Shown here in pieces: positions 1 to 8,098 of a stretch of 64,000 nucleotides of DNA. The translations under genes were made by a program, and so were the position numbers. Location: contig PNKZ01000025.1 in assembly GCA_013822735.1 (NCBI GenBank), positions 15,407 through 79,406 on the forward strand, written 5' to 3'. Origin of the DNA: Pirellula sp. Lineage in GTDB: Bacteria > Planctomycetota > Planctomycetia > Pirellulales > PNKZ01. Numbering within the stretch: position 1 is the first letter of the stretch; every line of letters begins with the position of its first letter. The notes beneath the pieces are model-generated. The model was not told the origin of the DNA. It ran no database searches and saw only the letters and a program-made list of their open reading frames with translations.

Positions 1-315
1 CCCCGTCGTACGATACGCTTCCAGTAACGCCATGCCGACCGCAGGGGTCGCCGGCGGCTCGATCCAGGCCTGCGTCGCCGTGATCCTGTTCTCCCCCTCG
101 CGCTTGGAAAGGTCCGCACTCACGGCATATCCGTAGCCGCCGTGATAGCCGACCTTCGAACGATAGAACTCCACGGCACGCTTCAAGGCCGCGGAGGCGT
201 CGGCCTGTGAAAAGTCCGCAGCCTGCGTCGCGCGCGGCGATGCAGAAATGCAGCAAGCACCCAGCACCAAAATCCAAACCAGTCGCAGACGCGCCGTTTT
301 CAATGAAAAGTTCAT
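1..315 (-). CDS. PL10-like (Pec_lyase-type) secreted protein, N-terminal part only; gene runs off the left edge
   Basis: Own translation of the minus strand from the ATG at 315-313: MNFSLKTARLRLVWILVLGACCISASPRATQAADFSQADASAALKRAVEFYRSKVGYHGGYGYAVSADLSKREGENRITATQAWIEPPATPAVGMALLEAYRTTG. It has a signal peptide and is clearly similar to the N-terminus of the 13350..14819 product ([22 protein letters not shown]...[23 protein letters not shown]). It is truncated, so it is absent from the ORF track. Confidence 0.6.
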   Translation of the reverse strand, partial: MNFSLKTARLRLVWILVLGACCISASPRATQAADFSQADASAALKRAVEFYRSKVGYHGGYGYAVSADLSKREGENRITATQAWIEPPATPAVGMALLEAYRTTG

Positions 316-364
316 AGGTGGCCTAAACACGTGAGCGTGCATGATGGTTGGATGTTTGTTGCCT

Positions 365-398
365 GGTACGGAGTACCCGGTACTGAGTACTCCGTACC
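365..398. repeat. Perfect 12-bp-stem hairpin built from GTAC words (GGTACGGAGTAC-N10-GTACTCCGTACC)
   Basis: Read directly: 365-376 is the exact reverse complement of 387-398. It lies in the 101-nt spacer between the NHL gene stop (417) and the PL10-like gene start (315). Confidence 0.8.
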
Positions 399-416
399 GG
401 AAGTTAATACGAAGTT

Positions 417-1523
417 CTACGCCGGCGTGTGCTTAAACTTGCGCGGCCGGCCGTTCGGGAGCCATTCGACGACGTACAAGTCGCCGCGCGAGTCGACGGT
501 CAGAGCGTGCGGCGTTGCGAAGAGTTCCGGATGCGTGGAGGGATCTTGCTTCTTGTTCTTCACTTCCAGCCCGTCGCCGAGTTGCGCGACCACCTTGTCG
601 TCGCCGTCGATGATCGAGACGCGAGCAGTGAGCTCCGGCACGTAGAGATGGCCGTCGTGTTGATAGAAGCAGCAAGGGGCGCGCATGCCGGGCACCGTGC
701 GTTTGTATTCCAAGTCGAGCGAGTAGACCTCGAGCCGGCCGTTGGCGCGGTCGGCGATATAAACCTCGGGCTCTTTGCCGATTGTGCTGACCCACACGCC
801 GTGGCAGGTCTTGAACTTTCCATGCTCCGTGCCGAGGCCGCCGATCGTCTTGAGGTGTTTGAAGTTCTTATCGAAGCGATACACCAGCTGACTGCCGTAA
901 CCGTCGACGATGTAAATATCGCCGTTGGGGGCGACCGCCACGTCGGTCGGGTTCGTGAAGTCAAACGGCTGCGAGGCGTCGCCGGCCTTCACGTTCTTGC
1001 CGAGTTCGTAGAGCACCTTGCCCGCGAGATCGGTCTTATAGACGCGGGCGCCGTCGCCGGTTGCTTTGTTGACGTTCTCCGTGAAGTAGAAGAACTCCCC
1101 GTCCTGCTCCTTGCTCCAATACAGGCCGTGAGCCGTCGCTTTGACTTGAGCCGTGCTGAAGTGGACCTTGTCGGCGAAGTCTTTGCTCCACGTTTCGAGC
1201 AACTTACCGTCTTTGTCGAACACGGCGACGCAAGGGCTTTCCGAACGCGACGTGACGTAGACGCGATCCTGCGAATCGACGACCACGGCGCAACCAAAGC
1301 CGTAGGTCATGCCCGAGGGGAGCTGCCCCCAGGTGGGATCGAGCGTGTAAGTCCACTTGCCGGTGCCGATGGTGACCGGCTTCTCGGCGGCCGCGGCTTG
1401 TGCGCGGTTGCCGGTTGTGAGCAACGCCGAACCTGCGGCGGCGGCGCCCGCGGCCATGCCGGCTTGTTGCAGAAAGTCACGGCGTGAAAGCTTATTGGGG
1501 AAGAGTAAACGATCGTTGCGCAT
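417..1523 (-). CDS. Tat-signal NHL-repeat / six-bladed beta-propeller protein
   Basis: 368-aa ORF with ATG at 1523. Twin-arginine motif SRRDFLQQAGMAAGAAAAGSALL. Recurrent propeller-strand motifs (VYVTS, IYIVDGYG, VYIADRANGR, LYVVEW). The antisense ORF 429..1487 is treated as a shadow. Confidence 0.75.
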   Translation of the reverse strand: MRNDRLLFPNKLSRRDFLQQAGMAAGAAAAGSALLTTGNRAQAAAAEKPVTIGTGKWTYTLDPTWGQLPSGMTYGFGCAVVVDSQDRVYVTSRSESPCVAVFDKDGKLLETWSKDFADKVHFSTAQVKATAHGLYWSKEQDGEFFYFTENVNKATGDGARVYKTDLAGKVLYELGKNVKAGDASQPFDFTNPTDVAVAPNGDIYIVDGYGSQLVYRFDKNFKHLKTIGGLGTEHGKFKTCHGVWVSTIGKEPEVYIADRANGRLEVYSLDLEYKRTVPGMRAPCCFYQHDGHLYVPELTARVSIIDGDDKVVAQLGDGLEVKNKKQDPSTHPELFATPHALTVDSRGDLYVVEWLPNGRPRKFKHTPA

Positions 1524-1589
1524 GGCGGGAAAACTCCGAAATAGAAACAGCGTTGGGCGATGGATGAATGGTCAGAAGTACTCGGCGTG

Positions 1590-3020
1590 CTAACTCAAAA
1601 TCTCTTTCACGACTCGGCCATGCACGTTGGTGAGGCGCATGTCGAGTCCTTGGAAACCGACGTTTAAACGTTTGTGATCGATGCCGAGCAGGTGCAGCAT
1701 CGTGGCATGGTAATCGTGCACGTCGACGACGTTCTCAACCGCCTTGTAGCCAAGCTCGTCGGTGGCGCCCCAGGTGAAGCCCGGCTTCACGCCGCCGCCG
1801 CACATCCAGGCGCTGAACCCTTGAATATGGTGGTCGCGGCCGTCTCCTTGGGCCATCGGCGTCCGGCCGAATTCGCCGTTCCAGACGATCAGCGTTTCAT
1901 CGAGCATGCCGCGTTGCTTCAGGTCGGTAATGAGCGCCATCATCGCGCGATCGACTTCCGGCGCGGTGATTTCCATGTTCTTGCGGATACCGCCGTGGTG
2001 ATCCCAATCGCGATGATAGAGCTGAATCATCCGCACGCCGCGCTCGGCTAAGCGTCGAGCCAGGAGGCAGTTGTAATTGAACGTGCCGTCGGGCCCTTTC
2101 GTGCCGTAGAGATCGAGCGTACTTTGCGGCTCGTCGGAAATGTCCATCAGTTCCGGCGCGGAAGTCTGCATCCGAAACGCCATTTCGTACTGCGAGATGC
2201 GCGTCGAGATTTCCGGGTCGTCCACCACGGCGTCGCGCAGCCGATTCAAACCGACCGCCGCATCGACGATGTCGCGCTGTCGCTCCTGCGTCACCCCCTC
2301 GGGACTGCGCAAGTACAGCACGGGGTCGCCTTGCGAACGGAGCGACACCCCTTGAAACCGGCTCGGCAGAAAGCCGCTATGCCATTGGCGCGCCGCGATC
2401 GGCTGCATCTGGCCTCCCTTGCCGGTGGAGATCAGCACGATGTAGCCCGGCAGGTTCTCGGTCTCCGCGCCGAGACCATACAAGAGCCATGAACCCATCG
2501 ACGGCCGGCCGGTAATCGCCGTGCCGGTGTTCATAAACGTGTGCGCCGGGTCGTGGTTGATCTGCTCCGTCTTGAGCGAACGAATTACGCAGAGCTGATC
2601 GGCCACCGTCGACAAATGCGGAAAGAATTCCGACATCTCGACGCCGGATTTTGGGCACTTGATGAACTTCGCCTGCGGGCCTAGGCACTTAAGCACTTTG
2701 CCTTGCAACTGCGCGATCGGCTGTCCCTTGGTATACGACTCGGGCGTCGGTTGGCCGTCGAGCTTCGCGAGCGTCGGCTTGTAGTCGAATGTTTCTAAGT
2801 GCGAAGGGCCGCCGGCCATGTAGAGCTGGATGACCCGTTTGACCTTCGGCGCATGGTGCAGCGGACGGACCACGCCGCGCCACGGGCCTTTCACGGTGTC
2901 GGGGTCCACCAAGTCATCGGCCGCCGCAGGGCGCTCGCCGCGCAGCAGTTGCGACAGTGCGAATGTGCCGAGCCCGGCGCGACCGAGAAAGCTACGACGA
3001 TTGATAAAGTCTAGATTCAT
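1590..3020 (-). CDS. DUF1501 domain protein (sulfatase/alkaline-phosphatase superfamily), Tat signal
   Basis: 476 aa with ATG at 3020. Motifs: NRRSFLGRAGLG twin-arginine, MAGGPSHLETFDYKP, WDHHGG, GEFGRTP, GRDHH. Paralog of 14816..16228 and 36107..37576. Confidence 0.9.
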   Translation of the reverse strand: MNLDFINRRSFLGRAGLGTFALSQLLRGERPAAADDLVDPDTVKGPWRGVVRPLHHAPKVKRVIQLYMAGGPSHLETFDYKPTLAKLDGQPTPESYTKGQPIAQLQGKVLKCLGPQAKFIKCPKSGVEMSEFFPHLSTVADQLCVIRSLKTEQINHDPAHTFMNTGTAITGRPSMGSWLLYGLGAETENLPGYIVLISTGKGGQMQPIAARQWHSGFLPSRFQGVSLRSQGDPVLYLRSPEGVTQERQRDIVDAAVGLNRLRDAVVDDPEISTRISQYEMAFRMQTSAPELMDISDEPQSTLDLYGTKGPDGTFNYNCLLARRLAERGVRMIQLYHRDWDHHGGIRKNMEITAPEVDRAMMALITDLKQRGMLDETLIVWNGEFGRTPMAQGDGRDHHIQGFSAWMCGGGVKPGFTWGATDELGYKAVENVVDVHDYHATMLHLLGIDHKRLNVGFQGLDMRLTNVHGRVVKEILS

Positions 3021-3067
3021 GCGTCTTCTTTTAGCCGCGGAGCTTGTCTCCGCGAGTATCCTGTCAC

Positions 3068-5872
3068 TTAGTCACGCGTCACAAATTCGTGCGTATTCAT
3101 CACGGCGCGCGCTACGCTCGCCGCCGCGGCGAGTTCGGCGGCGTTGATATCGGTTGGCGTCGGACGTTCGCCGATTTCGACGAGCGTCTTCGCCGCCGCG
3201 GCATCGGCCTCGTACGCGGCCTTGTGCTTTTGGAAGAGCGGGAGCAGCAGAGCAAGTTCGGCTTGCGTCGGCAGCCGCTCCAGCGCGAAGCGGTAAAGTT
3301 GGACAATCACGGCTGACGGATCGGTTCTAGAAGTTGGCTTGCCTCTCACCCCGGTTCGACCTAGCACACCATAGTCCGGCCCCTCTCCAACAATGGGCAA
3401 GAGGTGAGAAATGCGGATCGCTCGTTCCGCCAAAACCCGGGCCGCTTCCACAAACTCCGGGTCGTTTAGGAGCACGAGCGATTGCAACGGCGTGTTCGAG
3501 CGAACGCGTTCGCAGGTACATTCCTCGCGGCTCGGGGCGTCGAACGCTACCAGTGCCGGATGCAGGAACGACCGTTGCCAATGGGTATACAAACTGCGTC
3601 GCCAGAGATTCTCGCCGGTGTCGGCTTGGTACTCGCGCTTCGGAAAGTTGAGCTGCGCGTAGTAGCCGGCCGGCTGGTACGGCTTCACGCTTCGGCCGCC
3701 GAGGGTTGCGGACAAGAGCCCGCTTGCCGCCAGAGCTCGATCGCGCACGGCCTCGGCCGGCAAACGGAACCGGCTTTGCCGGGCATACAAACGATTGAAC
3801 GGATCCTGTTCGACGGTCTCCTTGCTTGCGACCGAAGATTGCCGATAGGCGCTCGAGAGGACGATCTGCTTGAGCAGAGCTTTTACGTTCCACGAACCGT
3901 CGCGCAACTCCGAAGCGAGGTAATCGAGCAACTCCGGATGGACCGGCGGTTCCCCTTGCGCGCCGAGATCGTCGAGCCGCTTGGAGAGGCCGACGCCGAA
4001 GAGCATGCCCCAGAACCGATTTGCAAACACACGGGGCGTCAGAGGGTTCGATGCATCCGTGAGCCAGTTCGCCAAGTCGAGTCGCGAAAGCCGGGTACCT
4101 CGTGCTGGAGCCGTAGGCGAAGCCCCGGTTTCTGAACCGCCGGCAACTGAGGCACCGCTGCGCTTTACCCCGGCCACCCAACGCAGAAACTCCGGCACGG
4201 CAGGTTCGACCTCGGGCCCGGTTTCGTCCATCCAGTTGCCGCGCGCGAGAATGCGCATTGTTCGCGGCGGGACGGCTTCGGTAACGAGCGTCGACGGAAT
4301 CGAGTCTTGCAGTTTCTTACGCTCGGCGTTGAGCTTTTGCAGCCGCGCGGTCTCTTCGGCAAGTTTCGGCTCGGTCTTTTGAAGGAAAAACGTAAAGAGC
4401 TTATCTTCCGCGGCGGCGGAGCGCTTGCCGGAGTCGTCGCGCAGAATGTTGCGAATCTCTTTGGTGATGCCGGCCGCTTTGTCGTCGGTGCCGCGGCCGC
4501 GATGCTCTTGTTCCCACGCCTTATATTTCTTGCGTGCATCGGGCGTCGACTTGTCGACGTCCTGCTTGATGCTCGCAATTTCGTCTTCCAGCTTCCGGAT
4601 CTGCGCCTCTTGGTCCGGCGTCGTCAGGAATAAGCGCGGGCCCCATTCCCCCGTGCTATTGGCGCCGCCGTAGAACCCCTTCTCTTTGATATCGGCGAAG
4701 AACGCCGCCAGGCTGTAAAAGTCGCGTGCCGTGTAAGGATCGAACTTGTGGTCGTGACACTCGGCGCACCCGACGGTTGCTCCCATCCACACTGCGGAGA
4801 CGTTGCGTACCCGATCGGCGGCATACTTAGCCAAGTATTCTTTGTCTTGCGCGCCTCCTTCGGCCGTCATCATGCCGAGGCGGTTGTAACCTGAGGCGAT
4901 GCGCTGTTCGCGCGTCGCGTTCGACAAGAGGTCGCCCGCCAGCTGCTCGCGCGTGAACTGATCGAACGGCATCCCCGTATGGAAGGCCCTGATCACGTAG
5001 TCGCGAAACGGCCAAATGGTGACGTCCTGGTCGCCGTGATAGCCGACGGTGTCGGCATAGCGCACCAGATCGAGCCACCACATGGCCATGCGCTCGCCGA
5101 ATTGTGGCGACGCCAGGAGCTTGTCAACGAGCGCTTCGTAGGCCTTCTCCCTCTCTCCTTGTCTCGCCGTCTCTCCGTCTTGCGCCGCAGACTGGGAGAT
5201 GGGTAGAGAGGGAGACAAGGAGTAATCACGGACGAACGCGTCGACCTCTTCCGGAGTCGGCGGCAATCCGGTGAGGTCGAAATACAAGCGCCGGCAGAGC
5301 GTCGCCGGGTCGGCTTCGTCGGCCGGGGCGAGCCCTTCTGCGGCGAGTCGCGCGAAGATGAAGCGATCGATCGGCCCGCGCGACCAAGCGTGCGCCTCTT
5401 TCGACACAGTCGGCGGGGTCGGGCGCTTCAGCGGCGTGTAGGCCCAATGCGATTGATACTCGGCCCCCTCGGCAATCCACCGCTTGAGCAAGGCGATCTG
5501 CTTCGGCGTGAGCTTCTTGTTGGAATCCGGCGGCGGCATTTGCACGTCGGCATCCGTCGAAGTGATCCGTGCGACGAGTTCGCTCAGCTCCGGCTTCCCC
5601 GGCACGATTGCGGCGTGGCCGTCGCGCAACTTCACCGCTTCGTCACGACGGTCGAGCCGGAGGTCGGCTTCGCGGTGCTTCGGATCCGGCCCGTGACAGT
5701 AGAAGCAGTTGTTCGAGAGAATCGGACTGATGTCGCGATTGAAATCGACTTTCGCGACCGGCTTCGCAGCGGTCGTACGAGCGGTTTCGACCGGTGCGGC
5801 GGCACGGCCTGGCGCGGTGAAAGTGCCGAGCCAACCGATGGCGACGAAGAGTAGGCAAACGCGCGGTGCCAT
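3068..5872 (-). CDS. Planctomycete cytochrome-c domain + DUF1549 (PSCyt2) + DUF1553 (PSD1) protein
   Basis: 934 aa with a signal peptide. CxxCH motif (NNCFYCHGPD). DUF1549 motifs (LYFDLTGLPPTPEEV, WLDLVRYADT). DUF1553 motif (CAECHDHKFDP). Sits 47 nt upstream of its DUF1501 partner. Confidence 0.9.
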   Translation of the reverse strand: MAPRVCLLFVAIGWLGTFTAPGRAAAPVETARTTAAKPVAKVDFNRDISPILSNNCFYCHGPDPKHREADLRLDRRDEAVKLRDGHAAIVPGKPELSELVARITSTDADVQMPPPDSNKKLTPKQIALLKRWIAEGAEYQSHWAYTPLKRPTPPTVSKEAHAWSRGPIDRFIFARLAAEGLAPADEADPATLCRRLYFDLTGLPPTPEEVDAFVRDYSLSPSLPISQSAAQDGETARQGEREKAYEALVDKLLASPQFGERMAMWWLDLVRYADTVGYHGDQDVTIWPFRDYVIRAFHTGMPFDQFTREQLAGDLLSNATREQRIASGYNRLGMMTAEGGAQDKEYLAKYAADRVRNVSAVWMGATVGCAECHDHKFDPYTARDFYSLAAFFADIKEKGFYGGANSTGEWGPRLFLTTPDQEAQIRKLEDEIASIKQDVDKSTPDARKKYKAWEQEHRGRGTDDKAAGITKEIRNILRDDSGKRSAAAEDKLFTFFLQKTEPKLAEETARLQKLNAERKKLQDSIPSTLVTEAVPPRTMRILARGNWMDETGPEVEPAVPEFLRWVAGVKRSGASVAGGSETGASPTAPARGTRLSRLDLANWLTDASNPLTPRVFANRFWGMLFGVGLSKRLDDLGAQGEPPVHPELLDYLASELRDGSWNVKALLKQIVLSSAYRQSSVASKETVEQDPFNRLYARQSRFRLPAEAVRDRALAASGLLSATLGGRSVKPYQPAGYYAQLNFPKREYQADTGENLWRRSLYTHWQRSFLHPALVAFDAPSREECTCERVRSNTPLQSLVLLNDPEFVEAARVLAERAIRISHLLPIVGEGPDYGVLGRTGVRGKPTSRTDPSAVIVQLYRFALERLPTQAELALLLPLFQKHKAAYEADAAAAKTLVEIGERPTPTDINAAELAAAASVARAVMNTHEFVTRD
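5141..5222 (-). repeat. In-frame hairpin-capable pyrimidine/purine element inside the PSD1 gene (encodes SLSPSLPISQSAAQDGETARQGEREKA)
   Basis: Coding strand reads ...CTCCCTCTCTacccaTCTCCCAGTCTGCGgCGCaAGACGgAGAGACG...AGAGAGGGAGAAGGC. The 10-bp arms CTCCCTCTCT/AGAGAGGGAG are complementary. About 85 percent identical over ~60 nt to the element at 11564..11652 in a paralog. Confidence 0.7.
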
Positions 5873-5955
5873 ACGGATCGATCTCGCAGTGGCGGGGAAG
5901 CGTGGAGGGGCGATCCGTCATTGTGTGTCGCCGTCGCGAGCCAAGCAAGAACGAA

Positions 5956-5988
5956 GAAGGCCCGAGAACACGAGGTTCTCGGGCCTTC
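5956..5988 (-). terminator. Intrinsic-terminator-like hairpin downstream of the MscS-like gene
   Basis: GAAGGCCCGAGAAC-acgag-GTTCTCGGGCCTTC, a perfect 14-bp stem. On the minus strand it is followed by the T-rich tract TTCTTCGTTCTT. Confidence 0.65.
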
Positions 5989-6042
5989 CTTAGTTGGACG
6001 TCGGCCGATATGTCGCCGACGGTGTCGTTGGGAGCAGATGCG

Positions 6043-6900
6043 TTACCGCACCGCTTCGCTGATCATCCGGACGTTCGGTACGGTCCGGCGGTTGATCATG
6101 CCGTCTTCTTCCGTTTCGATCGTCGTGGCGACGGCGCCGACATCGCGAACGATGCCGTCCATGCCCGCGACATGCACGCGGTCGCCGTTTTGCAGACGTT
6201 GGCGGGTGTAGTAGCCGGCGAGGATGCCTCCCATCACTTCCTTCCCGCCGAGACCGATTGCGAGGCCCACGCCCAGAGCCAAGGCCGAGAAGGCGATGAC
6301 GATCAGCTGTTCGAAGAGCTTAAAGTTGATGTCGAGTTTTTCCGCGGCGGCGAGGAAGGTCATGAGCGCCAGAATGTAATAGCAACCGTTGGCGAGATAC
6401 TCGGCGTAGGAGATGCCCACGCGATCGGCGCTTGTGGCGACCACGCCGCGGAGGAACGTGGCGACCAGCAGGCCGACGACGACGATGGCCGTGGCGATCA
6501 GGAGCTTCGGCACGTAGGCGACGAGTCCGTCGACCGCGGCCGAGACTTCCGGGAGCCCGAGAATGTAGAACGCGGCGGAGAGAAACACGCACATCGTGAG
6601 CCAGAAGACGATGCGGCCGACGATCGCAGGCACGGTCTTGGCCAAGCCGACTTGCTTCATCGAAGTGGCCAACCCGCTCCGCTCGGCGGCCGCTTGCAGC
6701 CCGCACGAGTGACAAAGCGCGGCCACGGCCCGATCGAGGACCTTCGCGAGGAAGTAGCCGCCGACGAGCACGACGATCATGCCGAGGACGTTGGGTCCGA
6801 ATGCGGCGACCTTGTCGAATGCCTTATAGAAGCTCTGCTGGATCGCTTCGTTCCAGCTACGGATATTGGTAGTGACGTCAAACGCGGCTAACAGATTCAT
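6043..6900 (-). CDS. Small MscS-like mechanosensitive channel family protein (conserved TM-helix repeats)
   Basis: 285 aa. Several TM helices, then a C-terminal beta-domain-like segment GDRVHVAGMDGIVRDVGAVATTIETEEDGMINRRTVPNVRMISEAV. This resembles the MscS pattern GDxIxVxGxxGxVxxIxxxxTxL...PN. Confidence 0.65.
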   Translation of the reverse strand: MNLLAAFDVTTNIRSWNEAIQQSFYKAFDKVAAFGPNVLGMIVVLVGGYFLAKVLDRAVAALCHSCGLQAAAERSGLATSMKQVGLAKTVPAIVGRIVFWLTMCVFLSAAFYILGLPEVSAAVDGLVAYVPKLLIATAIVVVGLLVATFLRGVVATSADRVGISYAEYLANGCYYILALMTFLAAAEKLDINFKLFEQLIVIAFSALALGVGLAIGLGGKEVMGGILAGYYTRQRLQNGDRVHVAGMDGIVRDVGAVATTIETEEDGMINRRTVPNVRMISEAVR

Positions 6901-6919
6901 AAAAGGACTCCTGAAAAAA

Positions 6920-7022
6920 GTAGCTAGTAGCTAGAGGCTAGTAGCTAGTGAAAACGCAAAACTCAATAAAACGACCACGACTTCGCAGACCTTCGACTTC
7001 TTCCCAACCAGCTTACTAGCTA
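6920..7022. repeat. CTAG-word spacer (GTAGCTAGTAGCTAGAGGCTAGTAGCTAGTG ... CTTACTAGCTAC)
   Basis: Read directly. The left arm 6920-6950 and right arm 7011-7022 are partly complementary. TAG stops occur in all frames on both strands. The same word family is present at 20211..20320. Confidence 0.8.
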
Positions 7023-7235
7023 CTTCTTCTTCTCATACTCCCCGCTGATCGTCAGCAGCAACCAACCCAACACGGCGCGGACAAAATGGCCGGCGGCGTA
7101 CGGCACGACGTGGATTACGAACTCCACCAAGTGCAGCGCGAGCAGCCAGCGATTGAGCCGACGATGCACGTGCCGCACCAAGCTCTTGGGGGGCGGCGGC
7201 ACGCGGACGTCGGCAAGTTGTTCGAATAAATCCAT
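7020..7235 (-). CDS. Small membrane protein, possible anti-sigma partner of the upstream ECF sigma factor
   Basis: 71 aa with ATG at 7235. Hydrophobic stretches WLLALHLVEFVIHVVPYAAGHFV and AVLGWLLLTI. Lies 67 nt downstream of the sigma gene on the same strand. Function is inferred from position only. Confidence 0.4.
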   Translation of the reverse strand: MDLFEQLADVRVPPPPKSLVRHVHRRLNRWLLALHLVEFVIHVVPYAAGHFVRAVLGWLLLTISGEYEKKK

Positions 7236-7241
7236 GAGGAA

Positions 7242-7330
7242 GACTGGAGATCGGAGACTGGAGACTTAAGTAACTTCTGACTCATCACTCGCCACTCATC
7301 ACTCACCCACCGCTCCCACCGCTCCCACCG
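7242..7330. repeat. Word-repeat spacer: GACTGGAGA/GGAGACTTAAG words, CTCATCACTC words and a CACCGCTCC 9-mer
   Basis: 7242-7270 is gactggagatcggagactggagacttaag. 7281-7308 is ctcatcactcgccactcatcactcaccc. 7306-7329 encodes the GGSGGSGG tail of the sigma factor. The 11-mer GGAGACTTAAG recurs at 39354-39364. Confidence 0.8.
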
Positions 7331-7884
7331 TATCGTTCTTGTATCTTCTCGCGCGCTCGGCTCACGCGCATCTTGCAGGCGCTCACCGAGAGTTCGAAGA
7401 TCGCGGCGAGTTCATCGTATTCGTATCCTTCGGCGTACTTGAGCAGTACTAGTGCGCGGTCTTCTTCGTCGAGCACGTCGAGCATCTGCACCAGGTCGAG
7501 CTTCGCCCCGGGAGCCGGAGCATCTCGACGTGTCGGTTGTTGATCGAGGTCGGCGCCCGTCGGAGTTCCTTCGCGTCGCAAGCGCCGGCCGCGCGAGCGC
7601 CGCTGCATAAGGCACGTCCGCACGGCGACGGCATGCACCCAAGTGGAATACTTCGACTCGCCGCGAAACTTGGCCCGTTGCAAGAACAGCGCGACGAACA
7701 CGTCTTGCGCCGCGTCATGCGCATCGCTCTCGTTGCCGAGCAGCCGGTAGCAAATCCGCCAAGTGCGTTCGCGGAAGCGGCCGACGAGCGTCGTGAACGC
7801 GGCGCCGTCGGAACCCTCGCGGGCCGCCAAAGCCGCCAAGGCTTCGTCGCTCTGCTCGTCGAGCTTTCCGGCGAAACCGTCCAA
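7303..7884 (-). CDS. ECF-type RNA polymerase sigma-70 family factor
   Basis: 193 aa. Region 2 (DAHDAAQDVFVALFLQRAKF, YSTWVHAVAVR) and region 4 (LLKYAEGYEYDELAAIFELSVSACKMRVSRAREKI). The ORF-track start at 7884 is a TTG, so the start is uncertain. Unusual GGSGGSGG C-terminus. Confidence 0.85.
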   Translation of the reverse strand: MDGFAGKLDEQSDEALAALAAREGSDGAAFTTLVGRFRERTWRICYRLLGNESDAHDAAQDVFVALFLQRAKFRGESKYSTWVHAVAVRTCLMQRRSRGRRLRREGTPTGADLDQQPTRRDAPAPGAKLDLVQMLDVLDEEDRALVLLKYAEGYEYDELAAIFELSVSACKMRVSRAREKIQERYGGSGGSGG

Positions 7885-8098
7885 CGCCTCATCTCCATGG
7901 CAGCCGCCTCCGGCAAGTTGCGAAGTGTCCTACTCCACAACATCCGTTGCCGCCGCCCGGAGGCGCGTCACCAAGAATACGAAAGAGGCCGAGAATCTCG
8001 GCTCAAGCGACGATCGCCCAACGACTTACGACGACGACAACAGACGCCGCCAACTGACCATAGAAGCCGCAAAAGCGTCAAGTCCGATACGGGCTGCT

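Noticed and set aside
429-1487. 352-aa plus-strand ORF antisense to the NHL gene. Many similar long antisense or off-frame ORFs exist, e.g. 49058..51517, 21157..22146, 8210..9022, 35612..36412, 43052..44038, 45257..46396 and 24485..25258.
   Set aside because: Their products are Arg/Ala/Gly-rich and lack motifs. Each fully overlaps a gene with clear family signatures. This is expected shadow-ORF behaviour at this GC content.
6920-7330. CRISPR array, considered because of the many short repeated words.
   Set aside because: The repeats are 7-14 nt words in irregular tandem or inverted arrangements. There is no 25-40 nt repeat/spacer periodicity and there are no cas genes in the window.
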